A stretch of DNA of 61,788 nt from an uncultured Desulfovibrio sp. GTDB taxonomy: Bacteria > Desulfobacterota > Desulfovibrionia > Desulfovibrionales > Desulfovibrionaceae. The position numbers and the translations under genes were made by a program. Under the pieces are notes generated by a model. The model was given only the letters and a program-made list of their open reading frames with translations. It was not told the DNA's origin and made no database searches. How positions within the stretch are numbered: the first letter of the stretch is position 1; each line of letters starts with the position of its first letter. The stretch covers positions 1 through 61,788 of the forward strand of contig USCL01000001.1 in NCBI GenBank assembly GCA_900553145.1, read 5' to 3'. Of this stretch, positions 59,337-61,788 are shown one piece after another.

Positions 59337-60524
59337 ATGAGCGATCAGGAGTTGATGATGGATACGGCTGATGGGGAACGCTTGCGGCGTTGGCGGCTGG
59401 TACTTGGGGAAGAGGCGCAGGCAAGCTGCGGCCTCGCCGGGCTGGGCCCTGAAGACCGGCAGATGGACGAAGCGCTGGCGGCGCTGTACGAAACGGACAG
59501 CAAGCACAGCCTGCGGGGCGGCAGCGGGGCCTCGTCGCCGCGCGTGGCCCGCTGGCTCGGGGACATCCGGCGCTTTTTCCCGTCTTCGGTGGTGCAGGTC
59601 ATGCAAAAGGACGCCTTCGAGCGCCTCAACCTGCACAGCATGCTGCTCCAGCCGGAAATGCTCGAAAGCGTGCAGCCCGACGTAAACCTCGTGTCCACGC
59701 TCATGTCGCTGCGGGGCATCATCCCCGAAAAGACCAAGGAGACGGCCCGGCTGGTCGTCCGCAAGGTCGTGGACGCGCTCATGAAGCAGCTTGAGGAGCC
59801 CATGCGCACGGCGGTCAGCGGAGCGCTGAACCGGGCGGTACGCAACCGGCGCCCCCGGCATGCCGAAATCGACTGGAACCGCACGATCCGGGCAAACCTC
59901 AAGCACTGGCAGCGGGACTACAAGACCATCGTGCCGGAAACGCTGATCGGCTATGGCCGCAAATCGCAGCGCGTCCAACGGGAAATCATCCTCTGCATCG
60001 ACCAGAGCGGCTCGATGGCGGCTTCGGTCGTCTACTCAAGCATCTTCGGCGCGGTCATGGCCTCCATGCCCGCCGTGAAAACCCATCTCGTCGTGTTTGA
60101 CACCGCCGTGGTGGACATGACGGAGCAGCTTGACGATCCCGTCGATCTGCTGTTCGGCGTCCAGCTCGGCGGCGGCACGGACATCAACCGCGCCGTGGGC
60201 TACTGCCAGTCGCTGATCCGCGATCCGCGCAACACCATCCTCGTGCTCATTTCCGACCTGTACGAAGGCGGCGTGGAAAGGAACCTGCTCCAGCGCGCCA
60301 ACGAACTGGTGCAATCGGGCGTGCAGGTCATCACCCTTCTCGCCCTGAGCAATGAAGGCGCCCCGTTTTACGACAAGGCCCTCGCGGCCAAGCTCGCCAG
60401 CCTCGGCATCCCGTCTTTCGCCTGTACCCCCGACCTGTTCCCCGGCATGATGGCCGCCGCCATCCGCAAGGAAGACGTCAACCTCTGGGCCGCCAAACAG
60501 GGCATCGTCATTCCTAAAGGGTAA
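59337..60524 (+). CDS. VWA domain protein (YehP/CoxE-like)
   Basis: RWRLVLG, IDWNRTIRANL, MIDAS DQSGSM, GGGTDI and ISDLYEGG motifs. Confidence 0.92.
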   Translation: MSDQELMMDTADGERLRRWRLVLGEEAQASCGLAGLGPEDRQMDEALAALYETDSKHSLRGGSGASSPRVARWLGDIRRFFPSSVVQVMQKDAFERLNLHSMLLQPEMLESVQPDVNLVSTLMSLRGIIPEKTKETARLVVRKVVDALMKQLEEPMRTAVSGALNRAVRNRRPRHAEIDWNRTIRANLKHWQRDYKTIVPETLIGYGRKSQRVQREIILCIDQSGSMAASVVYSSIFGAVMASMPAVKTHLVVFDTAVVDMTEQLDDPVDLLFGVQLGGGTDINRAVGYCQSLIRDPRNTILVLISDLYEGGVERNLLQRANELVQSGVQVITLLALSNEGAPFYDKALAAKLASLGIPSFACTPDLFPGMMAAAIRKEDVNLWAAKQGIVIPKG

Positions 60525-60773
60525 CATACGTCCCTTTTGAGCGGACATTCCGCATTTCCGCCACACATCACTCCGAAAGCAGCCGCCCGGCCCTTCCTGA
60601 ACGAAGAACCGGGCGGCTGCTTCAATTTCGCTTATAGCCGGAACGGGCTCCCAGCGCACGGCCTTGCCACCGGCCGGACATATTGCAAGGAAACAGGCTG
60701 CACCGATGCACGCCAGAAACACGGGGCGAAAGGGGACTCCCCGGGACGCTTCCTCCTCCCCGCCCTGTCTTCC

Positions 60774-61328
60774 CTACCGCCTCTCTTCCCCGCCGCCGGA
60801 AGCAAAGACCACCCGGTTCCGCCCGAGCCGCTTGGCCTCATGCAGCGCGGCGTCGGCACGCTGGAACAAGGTTTCAAAGGCGGTCCCATCCACCGGGTAC
60901 CGGGCTATGCCGACACTGCATGCCGGTTTGTAGCGTTCATCGCCGCGGGCGGAAAACAACGTGCCGAGGGCCGTATAAAATTCCTGCGCCTTCTTCTCAG
61001 AAAGCCGTTCCGGTTCCACATCGCGAAGCAGGACAAGGAACTCGTGGCCGCCGATCCTGCCGATGTAATCCGAGCGCCTGAATATCCGCCGCAGGACAGC
61101 CGCGATATCGTTCAGCACAATATCCCCGAATTCCTGCCCCCACGTCTCATTGACCCTTTTGAAGTTATCCACGTCGATAACGAACATCGCATGGGACTGG
61201 CGCATGCCGCTTTTTGAAAAACACAGATCTATCAGGTGCTGCATCGTCATCTTGTCGTAGCAGCCCGTGAGACAATCCCGGTGCACCGTTTCTTCCGCAA
61301 CCAACGCGGCTTCTTCCGTCATATTCAT
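60774..61328 (-). CDS. Stand-alone GGDEF-domain protein with degenerate GGHEF motif
   Basis: DCLTG, IDVDNFKRVN, RIGGHEF, SVGIA and AD.AL.AK..GRN motifs. Confidence 0.85.
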   Translation of the reverse strand: MNMTEEAALVAEETVHRDCLTGCYDKMTMQHLIDLCFSKSGMRQSHAMFVIDVDNFKRVNETWGQEFGDIVLNDIAAVLRRIFRRSDYIGRIGGHEFLVLLRDVEPERLSEKKAQEFYTALGTLFSARGDERYKPACSVGIARYPVDGTAFETLFQRADAALHEAKRLGRNRVVFASGGGEERR

Positions 61329-61683
61329 GCAATTTGCCCTTATTAGTAGAGGAAAAAGGCATTCCCACGGGCATTCTTATTACCATCATTACCCAACGGA
61401 TACCCAACGATCTTCCAAGGCCGCTCCCATGCGGTTCCGGGATTTCTTGTCAGCCTATAGCATCCATACGTTACGCGTAATTCTTGCTTCATGGCACGCT
61501 GTCCCTGCCGTCCTTACGGCAAACACCGGGGCAGGATCAACATGGATATGGCGATGCTTCCGACGCCGCTGTATTTGAGAGCATTTCCTGTTTTCGGTCA
61601 AGCGGCAGCCAGCTTTTTTCGGATGCTCCGGCAAGAAGGAGACATAAAAAAACCTCCATTCCATACGGGAACGGAGGCCGGAA

Positions 61684-61750
<67 letters not shown>

Positions 61751-61756
61751 TATTAT

Positions 61757-61788
61757 GAAAGGGAAGGAGATACTTTCTGAAGAAAGTT
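61757..61788 (+). repeat. Partial palindromic repeat at the window end
   Basis: GGGAAGGAGATACTTTCTGAAGAAAGTT contains the CTTTCT-GA-AGAAAG core and is truncated by the edge. Confidence 0.65.

Noticed and set aside
1375..59978. Very long antisense ORFs (1375-3501, 5401-8151, 20422-22614, 53563-56745, 56742-59978 and others)
   Set aside because: These are shadow ORFs opposite recognisable genes, expected from high-GC codon bias, and carry no motifs of their own.

Overview
GC-rich chromosomal segment of a Desulfovibrionaceae bacterium, most likely Bilophila (B. wadsworthia or a close relative), judged from the ald-tpa-sarD taurine cluster. Core genes: MBL-fold hydrolase, htpG, hydrogenase maturation protease, a frameshifted DUF554 gene, uvrA, nitroreductase, hypC, fused secDF, aroE, a GT9 glycosyltransferase, tRNA-Ser(CGA) and tRNA-Leu(GAG). 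Transport and regulation: the sigma-54-driven taurine operon with a divergent PAS activator, two paralogous TRAP clusters, a DUF47-PiT operon under a yybP-ykoY (Mn2+) riboswitch, and a putative sulfate-exporter family operon. A decayed island follows tRNA-Leu: integrase remnant, AzlCD, NhaC, PLP lyase, sigma-54 activator and NucS-like nuclease. The right end holds two GGDEF-variant genes and a SWIM/DUF5691/MoxR-AAA/DUF5682/VWA operon. Best new candidates: (1) a signal-peptide uORF ending YPTPPPSGC whose last codons can pair with the secDF Shine-Dalgarno, the SecM/VemP-type arrest-peptide layout; (2) a Mn riboswitch controlling a phosphate transporter. A palindromic intergenic repeat family is scattered throughout, and both window ends fall inside copies of it. 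All calls come from reading motifs by eye; no database searches or folding programs were run.
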